Positions 48,097 to 57,668 of a stretch of 64,000 nucleotides of DNA are shown here, piece after piece. The DNA is taken from positions 2,656,001-2,720,000 of the forward strand of contig OZ252098.1 in the NCBI GenBank assembly GCA_965248355.1, written 5' to 3'. Position 1 is the stretch's first letter; each line of letters begins with the position of its first letter. Both the position numbers and the translations under genes were made by a program. This stretch comes from Candidatus Latescibacterota bacterium. Lineage in GTDB: Bacteria; Latescibacterota; UBA2968; UBA8231. The notes under the pieces are model-generated. The model was not told where the DNA came from, made no database searches, and saw only the letters and a list, made by a program, of their open reading frames with translations.

Positions 48097-49926
48097 ATGG
48101 CCCTCATCCCCCTGGAGACCATCGAGCGCGTCAAGGCGTCCACCGACATCGTCGAGGTCGTCTCGGAGCACGTGCAGCTCCGGCAACAGGGCCGCAACTG
48201 GCTGGGGCTGTGCCCGTTCCACAACGAGAACACGCCCTCATTCAACGTCAATCCCGAGCTGCAGATCTACCACTGCTTCGGCTGCGGCGCCGGCGGCGAT
48301 GTCTACAAGTTCCTCCAGGAGATCGACAAGGTCTCCTTCCTCGAGGCCGTGACCTTCCTCGCCGGGCGCACCGGGATCCCGCTGCCGCGGGCCGGGGGCG
48401 GCGCGGCCGAGGACGAGCGCAACGACCGGCTGTTCCGTGCCAACGAGCTGGCGGCGAAATACTTCCAGTACATGCTGCGCCGCCCCGAGGGAGAAGCGGC
48501 GCTCCGCTACCTGCACGGCCGCGGTGTCACCGACGAGACCGCCGATGCCTTCCGCCTCGGGTATGCCCCGGGGGGATGGACGAGCTTCCTCGACATGGCC
48601 ACCAAGCCGCGCCGCGGCTTCCGCGTCGAGGAGCTTGAGCAGGCCGGCCTGGCCGTACCCAGCCGCACCGGCCGCGGCCACTACGACCGCTTCCGGGACC
48701 GCGTGGTCTTTCCGATCACCAACCTGTCGGGGCGCACGATCGCCTTCGGTGCGCGGGCCCTGCGCGACGACGACGAGCCGAAGTACCTCAACTCGCCGGA
48801 GAGCGCCATCTACCACAAGAGCGGAGTCCTCTACGGGCTGGCCGCCGCCCGGGAATCGATCCGCCGCCGCGGGACGGCGCTGGTGGTCGAGGGGTACATG
48901 GACGTCGTCGGCCTGGCTCAGCACGAGGTCGCCAATGTCGTCGCCTCCTCCGGGACCTCCCTGACGGCGGCCCATGGGAGCCTGCTGGGGCGCTACGCCG
49001 AGCGCGTGGTCCTGCTCTTCGACGGCGACGCGGCCGGCGGCACGGCCGCCGAGCGCGGCGTGGAGGTGCTGCTCGGGACCGAGCTCGATACCCGCATCGC
49101 CACCCTGCCCCCCGGTCACGACCCCGACAGCTTCGTGCGCCGGGAGGGGGGAGCCGAGGCCTTGGAGAAGCTGGTCGAGGCGGCCCCGCCCGCCCTCGAC
49201 GTCTACCTCGACCGCATGGCGGCGGCGGTCGATCTCACCTCCGTCGCCGGCCGGGCCCGCGCCGTGGAGCGGATGGTCCCCCTGTTCTCGCAGTGCCGGG
49301 AGGAGGTTCGACGCGACCTCATGCTGCGCCGGGTGGCGCAGCGGTTCGAGGTGGACGAGCAGGCCCTGCGGCGGGACGTGGCCGCCGCCCTGTCCCGGCC
49401 GCGGCGGGCCCCGTCGGCCGAACCGCTGGAGGTCCAGGCACCCCGGCCGCGCTCGGCGGGCGGAGCGCCGAAGCCGGCCACCGGAAGCGAGCTCGAGCGG
49501 CAGTTCGTCGGTCTGCTGCTGCAGCGTCCCGAGCTGATCGGACGGACCCGGGAGCAGATCGCCCCCGAACTCTTCTCCGATGCCGACGTCCGCCGCCTGG
49601 TGGCTCATCTCACCGATCATCCCCCGGAGGACGGCCACGTCGATCTCACGGCCTTGCTGAACCACGTGGACGAGGACCTCCGGCGCCTGGTCTCCACCTG
49701 TGCCATGGAGAGCTTCGACCTCGACCAGGTGCAGGAGCTGTGGAGCGACCACGTCCATCGGCTGCGGCGGGATGACCTCACCCGCCGCATCGACGACACC
49801 ACCCGCCGGCTCCGCCGGGCCGCCGAGGCCGGCGACGGCGGTGAGGTGGAGCGCCTCCAGGCCGCCCATCGTCATCTCGTCGTCGAACGCACGCGGCTGG
49901 ACCACGGACCGGCCGGGGAGTCTTGA
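48097..49926 (+). CDS. dnaG: DNA primase
   Basis: CPFH..CFGC zinc finger, KYLNSPE, EGYMD and FDGDAAG motifs. Confidence 0.97.
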   Translation: MALIPLETIERVKASTDIVEVVSEHVQLRQQGRNWLGLCPFHNENTPSFNVNPELQIYHCFGCGAGGDVYKFLQEIDKVSFLEAVTFLAGRTGIPLPRAGGGAAEDERNDRLFRANELAAKYFQYMLRRPEGEAALRYLHGRGVTDETADAFRLGYAPGGWTSFLDMATKPRRGFRVEELEQAGLAVPSRTGRGHYDRFRDRVVFPITNLSGRTIAFGARALRDDDEPKYLNSPESAIYHKSGVLYGLAAARESIRRRGTALVVEGYMDVVGLAQHEVANVVASSGTSLTAAHGSLLGRYAERVVLLFDGDAAGGTAAERGVEVLLGTELDTRIATLPPGHDPDSFVRREGGAEALEKLVEAAPPALDVYLDRMAAAVDLTSVAGRARAVERMVPLFSQCREEVRRDLMLRRVAQRFEVDEQALRRDVAAALSRPRRAPSAEPLEVQAPRPRSAGGAPKPATGSELERQFVGLLLQRPELIGRTREQIAPELFSDADVRRLVAHLTDHPPEDGHVDLTALLNHVDEDLRRLVSTCAMESFDLDQVQELWSDHVHRLRRDDLTRRIDDTTRRLRRAAEAGDGGEVERLQAAHRHLVVERTRLDHGPAGES

Positions 49927-49976
49927 CCCTGCCGGGCGGCGGCGTCACCTTTGTCCGGTCCGGGTCGTATCCCCCC

Positions 49977-50053
49977 GGGCCCATAGCTCAGCTGGTCAGA
50001 GCGGCGGACTCATAATCCGTTGGTCCCAGGTTCGAACCCTGGTGGGCCCACCA
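49977..50053 (+). tRNA. tRNA with CAT anticodon (probably Ile2/lysidine; elongator Met not excluded)
   Basis: Cloverleaf with anticodon loop CTCATAA and a CCA end. Confidence 0.9.
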
Positions 50054-50064
50054 AGCCTTCACTC

Positions 50065-50141
50065 GGGCGATTAGCTCAGTTGGTTAGAGCGCCGGTCTCA
50101 CATACCGGAGGTCGCTGGTTCAAATCCAGCATCGCCCACCA
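50065..50141 (+). tRNA. tRNA-Val(CAC)
   Basis: ccggt-CTCACAT-accgg anticodon arm and a CCA end. Confidence 0.93.
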
Positions 50142-50244
50142 TGTGTGGGCAACGGCCCCGTCGGAGGCCATCGGACGGGGCCGTGGTGATGCGGTCCACG
50201 GCCCCGTCCGTGCTCGCCGGGTCCGGCTGACAGGAGGTGTCCCC

Positions 50245-50421
50245 ATGGCCTTCCGCCGCTCTCTCGCGTTCCTGTTCCTGCTCGTCCTGCTGGTCTCCTG
50301 CGCCAGGGGAGCTTTCACGCCCTCCTCTCCCGAAGGAGAGTCCGAGCCACCGCCGGGAGACCCCACCGACACCGGCCCGGCGCCGGAGGCGGCGCCCACG
50401 CAGGCGGACACCGGGGTCTGA
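50245..50421 (+). CDS. Small Pro-rich lipoprotein
   Basis: AGGAGG RBS, hydrophobic signal and LVSC lipobox; 58 aa. Confidence 0.6.
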   Translation: MAFRRSLAFLFLLVLLVSCARGAFTPSSPEGESEPPPGDPTDTGPAPEAAPTQADTGV

Positions 50422-50688
50422 TCTCGTGGACCGCCCTCGCACCGGACCCGGCGATGGACCGGGGCGGAACCGGTGTCTGTGCCATCGATCCTCCGACCGC
50501 GCCCGTACCCGGCGGGAGGTCTTCCTTTGACACCCAACCTCTTGGAGAACAGATTGTTACGCCTGTTCTGCCGCGCCGCCTCCCGGAGGGAGGGCCACCG
50601 GCTGACCGGGATCCCCGGCGGACCCCGGCAGGGGCTCTCATCCCCGCGGATGGGCGGTGGCGGGGCAGAGGTTCGCGGCTGAGGCGAG

Positions 50689-51693
50689 ATGGCGGAGCTG
50701 TTCATCCACGGTATGGGCCACTTCCATCCCGAGAACGTCATCGACAACGCGTTCCTCGAGGAGCTGGACATCGGCACCGACGAGAGCTGGATCCTGGAGC
50801 GGGTCGGGATCCGCGAGCGCCGCACGGTGCTGCCCCTGGACTACATCCGGGAGACGCGCAACGGGGATCCGCGGCAGGCGGGGGAAGCGGCGGTCTACGA
50901 CAACGCCGAGACCTCCGCCCTGGCGGCCGGGCAGGCCCTGGCCCGGGCCGGCGTCGGCCGCGACCAGATCGGCCTGGTGATCGCGGGCGGGTGCTATCCC
51001 GACACCGCCATCCCGGCCGAGGCCAGCCGCGTCGCCGCGTCGCTGGAGATCGACGCGCCGGGGATCGACATCAACTCGGCCTGCTCCACCTTCGGCGCCC
51101 AGTTGCACTTCCTGGCCTCCATGTCCGGGCTGCCCCCCTTCGTGCTCGTCGTCAACCCCGAGAACACGACCCGCGCCGTCGACTACGGCGACCGGCGCAC
51201 CGCGGTGCTGTGGGGCGACGGGACGAGCGCCGCCGTCGTATCCACGCGGGAGTCCGCCCCGCGCAAGGTGGTGGAGACGACCCTGGCCGCCGACTCGGCG
51301 CGCTGGGAGGCGGTCTGCATCCCCCGCTTCGGGCACTTCTTCCAGGACGGCAACGCGGTGCAGCGCTTCGCCATCAAGACGACGGTCTCCTCCGCCGAGA
51401 GCCTGATGCCGGGCGCCCGGACGCGCGCCGCCGAAGGGGGGGGCCGGGTGCGCTTCATCGGCCACCAGGCCAACCTGTTGATGCTGGAGGCCGTGGCCCG
51501 GCGGCTCGGACTCGCAGAGGATGCGCACTGGTACAACGTGGACCGCTTCGGCAACACCGGCGCCGCCGGGGCGCCCGGCGTCCTCTCCCAGTACTGGGAC
51601 GAGATGGACGACGGCGACTCCCTGATCCTCGTCGTCGTCGGGGCGGGGCTGACCTGGTCGGCCCTGCGCATCGACGTGGGGGACCGCCCGTGA
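50689..51693 (+). CDS. fabH: 3-oxoacyl-ACP synthase III family
   Basis: SAC, GDG, HQAN and GNT catalytic motifs. Confidence 0.85.
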   Translation: MAELFIHGMGHFHPENVIDNAFLEELDIGTDESWILERVGIRERRTVLPLDYIRETRNGDPRQAGEAAVYDNAETSALAAGQALARAGVGRDQIGLVIAGGCYPDTAIPAEASRVAASLEIDAPGIDINSACSTFGAQLHFLASMSGLPPFVLVVNPENTTRAVDYGDRRTAVLWGDGTSAAVVSTRESAPRKVVETTLAADSARWEAVCIPRFGHFFQDGNAVQRFAIKTTVSSAESLMPGARTRAAEGGGRVRFIGHQANLLMLEAVARRLGLAEDAHWYNVDRFGNTGAAGAPGVLSQYWDEMDDGDSLILVVVGAGLTWSALRIDVGDRP

Positions 51694-52286
51694 CCCACGC
51701 CGAGTTCGTCGAGCGCGGCCACTACGAAGCGGAGGAGCTGCTGGCCCTGTCCCAGGGCAACCTCGTGGTCGACGCGCCCGAGGAGTTCATCCGCCTGCCC
51801 GCTCCGCCCATGCTCATGATCACGCGGGTCACCGAGCTCGAGCGCCGGGGCCCGCGGGGCCGCATCGTCGGCGAGCAGGACATCGCCCCCGCCGACTGGT
51901 TCTTCCACTGCCACTTCCGCTCCGACCCGGTGCAGCCCGGATGCCTCGGCGTCGACGCCATCTGGCAGCTCGTGGGACTCTACATCGCCGCCTGCGGCGC
52001 CCCGGGCTCGGGACGGGCCCTCGGCTGCAAGGAGGTGGAGTTCTCCGGCCAGATCCGGCCCTACAACCGGACCGTGCGCTACGAGGTCGACATCCGCCGG
52101 TACTCCCAGCTCAAGGAGTCCGGCTCTGCCGTGGCCATCGGCACGGCGAAGGTCCTGGTGGACGGAGAGCACATCTACACGGTGAAGGACGCCAAGGTCG
52201 GCATGTTTCTCGGCATCGCCTACCCCGACTACCCCCTGCGCTCCGAGCACAGCGTCGGCGGCCTCATGGACCGCACCGGATGCTGA
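51690..52286 (+). CDS. fabA: FabA-type 3-hydroxyacyl-ACP dehydratase/isomerase
   Basis: LPAPPMLM, WFFHCHF..DPVQPGCLGVDA and GRALG motifs. Confidence 0.85.
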   Translation: MTHAEFVERGHYEAEELLALSQGNLVVDAPEEFIRLPAPPMLMITRVTELERRGPRGRIVGEQDIAPADWFFHCHFRSDPVQPGCLGVDAIWQLVGLYIAACGAPGSGRALGCKEVEFSGQIRPYNRTVRYEVDIRRYSQLKESGSAVAIGTAKVLVDGEHIYTVKDAKVGMFLGIAYPDYPLRSEHSVGGLMDRTGC

Positions 52287-52738
52287 CGCCGGAGCAGGTC
52301 CTGGACCTGATCCCGCAGCAGCGGCCCTTCCGGTTCATCGACCGCCTCGTCGAGCTGGGCGAGGCGAGCGCCGTCGGCGAGTACACCTTCCGCGACGACG
52401 AGACCTTCTACGCCGGCCACTTCCCGGGGCATCCCGTGACCCCGGGCGTGATCCTCATCGAGACCATGTGCCAGACCGGGCTGGTCGCCCTCGGCATCCA
52501 CCTGCTGGGCATGGAGCTGCCGGCCCACGAGGTGGCGCGGACGGTCACCCTGTTCACCGACGCCGACGTCGAGTTCGTGCGCGTCGTGGGGCCGGGGGAG
52601 ACGGTGCGCGTCTCCGCCGAGAAGATGTTCTGGAGAAGACGGAAGCTGAAGTCGAAGGTCGAGCTGAAGCTGGCCGACGGGACCTACGTGGCCGGCGGCA
52701 CGGTCTCCGGCATGGGAGTCGCCCGTGAGCAATTCTGA
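52280..52738 (+). CDS. fabZ: FabZ-type dehydratase
   Basis: IPQQRPFRFID and GHFPGHPVTPGVILIE motifs. Confidence 0.85.
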   Translation: MLTPEQVLDLIPQQRPFRFIDRLVELGEASAVGEYTFRDDETFYAGHFPGHPVTPGVILIETMCQTGLVALGIHLLGMELPAHEVARTVTLFTDADVEFVRVVGPGETVRVSAEKMFWRRRKLKSKVELKLADGTYVAGGTVSGMGVAREQF

Positions 52739-54008
52739 ACCGCGCGTCGTCGTCACCGGCATGGGGGTGCTGGCCCCCAACGGGCACGGCCTGGAGGCGT
52801 TCGTCCGGGCCCTGCGCGACGGCATCAGCGGCATCGCCTTTCACCCGCAGCTCGCCGACCTGAACTTCGCCTGCCAGGTGGGCGGCGTGCCCCCCGACGT
52901 GGAGGAGATCCAGAAGCGCTACCTCACCGGGGAAGAGCTGTTCGCCATGAACGCCAACATGGTGTACGCCGCCATCGCCACCATCGACGCCTGGACCGAC
53001 GCCGGCCTGGACCTGCCGGAGCCCGACAGCGAGGAGCCCGACTGGGACACGGGAGCCATCGTCGGCACCGGCATCGGCGGCATCGACACCATTGCCGACA
53101 CGCTGGCGCCGCGGACCCAGGCGGGCCGGGTGAAGCGGCTCGGCAGCACCATGGTCGAGCAGATCATGTCCAGCGGCAACAGCGCCCGGATCGCCGGCAA
53201 GCTCGGTCTGGGCAACCAGGTGAGCACCAACTCCAGCGCCTGCAACACCGGCACCGAGGCCGTCATCCAGGGCTTCCAGCGCATCCGCGACGGACTGGCC
53301 CGGCGCATGCTGGCCGGCGGCTCCGAGGGCCACTCCCACTACATCTGGGCCGGCTTCGACGCCATGCGCGTCCTCAACCGCACGAAGAACGACGACCCCG
53401 AGGGCGCCTCCCGCCCCATGAGCGCCAGCGCCGCCGGCTTCGTCCCCGGGTCGGGGGCGGGGGTGCTCATGCTCGAAGAGCTGGACAGCGCCCGCGAACG
53501 CGGCGCCCGGATCTACGCCGAGATCATCGGCTGCGCTCTCAACTGCGGCGGCCATCGCCAGGGGGGCAGCATGACGGCGCCGAACCCGGTCAGCGTGCAG
53601 CGCTGCCTGGTCGCGGCCCTCGACATGGCCGGCATCCCCGGCGAGCGGATCGAGGCCATCAACGGCCACCTCACCGCCACCTTCGCCGATCCCCACGAGG
53701 TCCACAACTGGTCGCGGGCTCTCGGCGTCGAGCCGCGCCGCATGCCCTGGATCCAGAGCACCAAGTCCCTCATCGGCCACGGCCTGGGCGCCGCCGGCGG
53801 CCTCGAGTCGGTGGCCGCCGTCCTGGAGCTGCACGAGGGATTTGTCCACGGCTCGCTGAATTGCGAAGATCTGCACCCCGAGCTCGAGGCCTACGCCGAC
53901 CGCATCCCTCACAAGAGCGTGGAAGCCCCCGGTCTCTCCGTCATCGCCAAGGCCAGCTTCGGCTTCGGAGACGTCAATGGCTGCGTCATCTTCCGCAAGT
54001 TCGACTGA
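52725..54008 (+). CDS. Beta-ketoacyl-ACP synthase (FabB/FabF family)
   Basis: VVVTGMG, SSAC, INGH.T.T, TKSLIGH and SFGFG motifs. Confidence 0.9.
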   Translation: MSNSEPRVVVTGMGVLAPNGHGLEAFVRALRDGISGIAFHPQLADLNFACQVGGVPPDVEEIQKRYLTGEELFAMNANMVYAAIATIDAWTDAGLDLPEPDSEEPDWDTGAIVGTGIGGIDTIADTLAPRTQAGRVKRLGSTMVEQIMSSGNSARIAGKLGLGNQVSTNSSACNTGTEAVIQGFQRIRDGLARRMLAGGSEGHSHYIWAGFDAMRVLNRTKNDDPEGASRPMSASAAGFVPGSGAGVLMLEELDSARERGARIYAEIIGCALNCGGHRQGGSMTAPNPVSVQRCLVAALDMAGIPGERIEAINGHLTATFADPHEVHNWSRALGVEPRRMPWIQSTKSLIGHGLGAAGGLESVAAVLELHEGFVHGSLNCEDLHPELEAYADRIPHKSVEAPGLSVIAKASFGFGDVNGCVIFRKFD

Positions 54009-54050
54009 CTTGGAGATCCCATCCCACCGCAACCGAAGGAACGAGCACCG

Positions 54051-54296
54051 ATGAACACGCAGGAAGTCTTCGACAAGGTCGTCGCCATCCTCAAGCCCTT
54101 CGCCAAGAACGAGGAAGCCCTGTCCGGGGTCTCCATGGAGACCTCGCTGCAGAACGACCTGGAGGTGAACTCCGCGCGGCTCGTCGACATCGTGCTGGAG
54201 ATCGAGGACGCCTTCGGCATCGAGGTCTCCGACGACGACGCCGACAAGGTGGCCACCGTGGGCGACGCGGTGAACCTGATCGTGGCCGCCGGCTGA
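54051..54296 (+). CDS. Acyl carrier protein
   Basis: DLEVNSARLVDIVLEIEDAFGIE; acidic, 81 aa. Confidence 0.88.
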   Translation: MNTQEVFDKVVAILKPFAKNEEALSGVSMETSLQNDLEVNSARLVDIVLEIEDAFGIEVSDDDADKVATVGDAVNLIVAAG

Positions 54297-54317
54297 GCCC
54301 GGCCGGGGCCGCCCCGC

Positions 54318-55151
54318 GTGCGGATACCCGCCGACGAGCGGGCCAGCCTGAGCCGCGTCGAGCGCTTCGCCCTGGCCTTCGCCGGGTGGATGAACGAGAC
54401 GCCGGCGGTTCAACGTCCCTTCTACTGGCTGAACCTGCGCCTGCAGCGGCGCGTCCTGCTGCTGGGCACGAGCCGCCGGACGCACCTGATAGGGCTCGAG
54501 CGGATCGCCTCGCTGCAGCCCGACCGCGGCGTGCTGATGGCGGCCAACCACCGCACCTTCCTCGATCAGTTCGCAATCCTCGCCCACCTGGTGGAGCACG
54601 TCGGCTTCTGTCGGCGCTGGTTCTTCCCCGTCCGCTCCAACTTCTTCTACGACAACCCCCTCGGCGTCCTCGTCAATCTCCTGGCGAGCTCCTGCAGCAT
54701 GTATCCGCCGATCTTCCGGCCGCGGGCCAAGCGCGGCGTCACCCGCGCCTGCCTCACCTTCCTCATCGAGCAGCTGCGGTCGCCGGACACCCTCGCCGGC
54801 ATCCACCCCGAGGGCACGCGCGGCAAGGGCCCCGATCCCTACGAGCTGCTGCCCGCGGAGCCCGGCTTCGGACGTGTCCTGCTGCAATCCCGCGCCATCG
54901 TCCTCCCCGTGTTCATCAACGGGATCAGCGACAATCTGGTCCGCGAGGCGGTGCACAACTTCACCGGCAGCGGCCCACCGGTCATCATCGCCTTCGGCGC
55001 CCCCGTCGACCTGTCCGCCTTCGACGGGGAGGACCCGCGCCTGCTGCGCAACCAGATCAAGGCGGGTCGCCGGGTGCTGGAGGAGGTGGCCCGGCTGGGG
55101 GAGGAGGAGCGCCGGCTGCGTCAGCGGCTGGAGGCCGCCCGCGCCTCCTGA
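54318..55151 (+). CDS. Lysophospholipid acyltransferase (PlsC family)
   Basis: NHRTFLD and PEGTR motifs. Confidence 0.85.
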   Translation: MRIPADERASLSRVERFALAFAGWMNETPAVQRPFYWLNLRLQRRVLLLGTSRRTHLIGLERIASLQPDRGVLMAANHRTFLDQFAILAHLVEHVGFCRRWFFPVRSNFFYDNPLGVLVNLLASSCSMYPPIFRPRAKRGVTRACLTFLIEQLRSPDTLAGIHPEGTRGKGPDPYELLPAEPGFGRVLLQSRAIVLPVFINGISDNLVREAVHNFTGSGPPVIIAFGAPVDLSAFDGEDPRLLRNQIKAGRRVLEEVARLGEEERRLRQRLEAARAS

Positions 55152-55747
55152 GGCAGGGCGGCGAAAGCCGCGAAGGGGCCGTCGTGGGACAGGCTGATGT
55201 CGATGCCGGAAGGCCGCCCGTCGAGCAGCAGCCGGGGCGGCGCCAGCCCGTCGCGGGCGCCCGGCTCGCGGGGCCGCTCGATGGCCAGGCGATGTTCCGG
55301 CAGGCCCAGGTGGCCGGCCACGCGGCGGCAGGTCAGGTCCCGCACGGCGTCGCTCTGATGCCGGCCGCGGGGTATTCGCTCGACACCGGCCTCCGCCCGC
55401 CCGGGGTCGCCGTCTCCGCAGATCACCACCGCGTGGACCCACAGCGGATCCCGCGTCAGCCGCAGCCCCATCTCCAGGTCCCGGTAGCGCACCCGGCGCA
55501 TCTGCGCGTCCACCTCGAAGAGCCGCGGTGAGAAGACGAGGCCCGGCCGCCGTTTGAGGGCCGCCTTGTAGGCGGCCTCCTTGGCGGCGAACAGCGACCA
55601 CAGCAGGATCAGGGGCCCGTCGCTTCGAGCCACTCGGGAGCGCTCGGCGGCGGCGCAGACGCGCTCGACGAAACGGCTCCGGAGGTGGTGCCCGGAGATC
55701 TCCGGGTCGGCCAGGTAGACCAGGTCGTTGCCGACGGCGTTCACCAT
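55121..55747 (-). CDS. 4'-phosphopantetheinyl transferase
   Basis: VGNDLV, FAAKEAAYKA and ISLSHDG motifs. Confidence 0.85.
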   Translation of the reverse strand: MVNAVGNDLVYLADPEISGHHLRSRFVERVCAAAERSRVARSDGPLILLWSLFAAKEAAYKAALKRRPGLVFSPRLFEVDAQMRRVRYRDLEMGLRLTRDPLWVHAVVICGDGDPGRAEAGVERIPRGRHQSDAVRDLTCRRVAGHLGLPEHRLAIERPREPGARDGLAPPRLLLDGRPSGIDISLSHDGPFAAFAALPQEARAASSR

Positions 55748-55906
55748 CGAGGTCCGGTTTTCCGAGGGAGGGATCGAGCCCGACGGACCCCGTACTTTGG
55801 CGACCGCCCCCACCCCGGCGCAAACCATTCCGAGCCGGGACCCGGCCACCGCGGCGGCCGGCGCCGTCGGTTGACGGCTCCCGGGCCGGCGCCTTGGTTC
55901 CACCGG

Positions 55907-56851
55907 ATGCCCGCCCTGTCCGCCCTGTCCCTCCTCTCTCTCGCAGTGGCCGTCTCCCTGCTCGCCGCCCTGACGGGCTGCGGGCAACCGGAGGTCGAGT
56001 CCTGGCACCACCCGGTCCGCGCCGGCGAAAAGGCCCTCCACTCCAAGAGCTACGACAAGGCCGCGGCGCACTACCGGTCGGCCCTGGCCGAGGCCGCCGC
56101 TTCCGGGTCCGTTGAGGGCCGCATGGTGGCCCTCAACGGGTTGGCCATGAGCCGCGCCATGGGCGGCCACCTGGCGGAGGCGGAGAGTCTCTACGTCCAG
56201 GTCCTGACCCTGCAACGCCGGCGGATGGAGGCCGACAGTCTGTCGGGGGTGACCCTGGCGCGCACCCTCGGATCCCTCGCCGAGATCAGCCTGCGTCTCG
56301 GCCGCGTCGGCCGGGCCGACACGTTGCTGTCCGAGGTCCTGGGGCTGGGAGAGGCGGGTCTCGTCGATCTGCTCCCCGAGGACCGGATGGTCTCCTACAC
56401 TCTGAACGGTCTCAGCAAGGTCCTGCGGTTCCGCGGCGACACGGCGCGGGCCGACTCCTTGGCCGAGCGGGCCCTGGCGCTTCAGCTCTACGCCCTCGGC
56501 TTCGAGCACCTCATCGGCGAAGACCTGGGGAAGGCGGAGAAGCTCTACCTCGAGTCCCGTGGCCGCTTCGAGGAGATGTACGGCCCCGACCATGGGGACG
56601 TCGCCCGCGTCCACCATGCCCTCGGCCGGCTGTACGAATACCAGGGCCGGCGGTCCGAGGCCGTCACTCAGTACCAGCGCGCCGTGGCCGCCTACGAGGG
56701 GGCCGGCGCCGCTTCGCCCGATCTGGCCTGGGCCCTGGAGGATCTGGCCAGGACCCTGGATGCCGGCCAGGCCGACGAAGCCGCCCGGTTGAGTCGGCGA
56801 GCCGCCGATCTGCTCCAGGGCCGCCCGACCTCTCCGTCCCGCCTGCAGTAG
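55907..56851 (+). CDS. TPR-repeat lipoprotein
   Basis: LTGC lipobox. Repeats such as AESLYVQVL and GPDHGDVARVHHALGRLY. Confidence 0.75.
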   Translation: MPALSALSLLSLAVAVSLLAALTGCGQPEVESWHHPVRAGEKALHSKSYDKAAAHYRSALAEAAASGSVEGRMVALNGLAMSRAMGGHLAEAESLYVQVLTLQRRRMEADSLSGVTLARTLGSLAEISLRLGRVGRADTLLSEVLGLGEAGLVDLLPEDRMVSYTLNGLSKVLRFRGDTARADSLAERALALQLYALGFEHLIGEDLGKAEKLYLESRGRFEEMYGPDHGDVARVHHALGRLYEYQGRRSEAVTQYQRAVAAYEGAGAASPDLAWALEDLARTLDAGQADEAARLSRRAADLLQGRPTSPSRLQ

Positions 56852-56884
56852 CCCCCGCGCAGACGGCCGACCCCGGCTCCCGCC

Positions 56885-57658
56885 TCAGCGCAGCCGGCGC
56901 CGCCGGACCATGCGCATCACCCACCAGGCTCCGAGGGCGCCGAGCAGGTGCTTGCAGGTGTGGCCGCTGATCCATCCCCCCGCCGAGTACACGGCCTGGT
57001 CGAATACCTCCGCGGCCTTGGCGAGCAGATAGAACAGGGCGGCCACGTAGAGATCGGAGCCGCGCGTGTACGGCGACGGCAACAGCCGCACCATGAGCGG
57101 CACGAACAGGACGGGGTAGGCCTGGGCGAGGATGTAGTAGCGGAGGTCTCCGGCTCCCGCGCGCTCGGTGAAGTGCCAGTACAACACGCTGAACAGGCCG
57201 AAGGCGATGAGCGGCGGCAGGGCGAGGAGACCGGCGCGCCGGTCCACGCGCTCGGCCAGGGCCGCGGCGAGAAAGGCCATGAAGGCCACGCTCATGGGCA
57301 GGCGGTCCCACAGAAGCGTCTCGTTTCCCGGGGACAGGTGGTACCAGGAGGAGCCGAGGCCGACCAGCGCCACCGAGAGAAAGAGGACCTGGTAGGCCAG
57401 GGCATCGGCCGGGCGCACAAAGGCCTGCGGCCCCCGGGCCGCGGCGAGGGAGAAGAGGAGACGGCATCCCCACAGGCCCACGGCGAGGAAGGGCAGGTTG
57501 GAGAGGACGTTCAGAGAATGGGGGATGCCGAGCAGGGTGCGCTGATCGGCGAACCGGTGATAGGCGGGGTTCTGGGGGATCGGCGCCTGCAGGAAGACGG
57601 CGGCCCAGAAGGCGAGGGTCAGGCAGGCGAGCAGCCGGAGGCTGTGGTCGCGGTTCAT
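56885..57658 (-). CDS. Alkaline ceramidase-like membrane protein
   Basis: YHRFAD.R, NVLSN.PF, GSSWYH, WDRLPM and SGHTCKH motifs. Confidence 0.8.
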   Translation of the reverse strand: MNRDHSLRLLACLTLAFWAAVFLQAPIPQNPAYHRFADQRTLLGIPHSLNVLSNLPFLAVGLWGCRLLFSLAAARGPQAFVRPADALAYQVLFLSVALVGLGSSWYHLSPGNETLLWDRLPMSVAFMAFLAAALAERVDRRAGLLALPPLIAFGLFSVLYWHFTERAGAGDLRYYILAQAYPVLFVPLMVRLLPSPYTRGSDLYVAALFYLLAKAAEVFDQAVYSAGGWISGHTCKHLLGALGAWWVMRMVRRRRLR

Positions 57659-57668
57659 CCGGCCGGCG

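Noticed and set aside
49977..50141. tRNA genes as an integration site for the downstream fatty-acid cluster
   Set aside because: No duplicated tRNA 3' end or integrase was found, and the cluster has host-like GC and codon usage.
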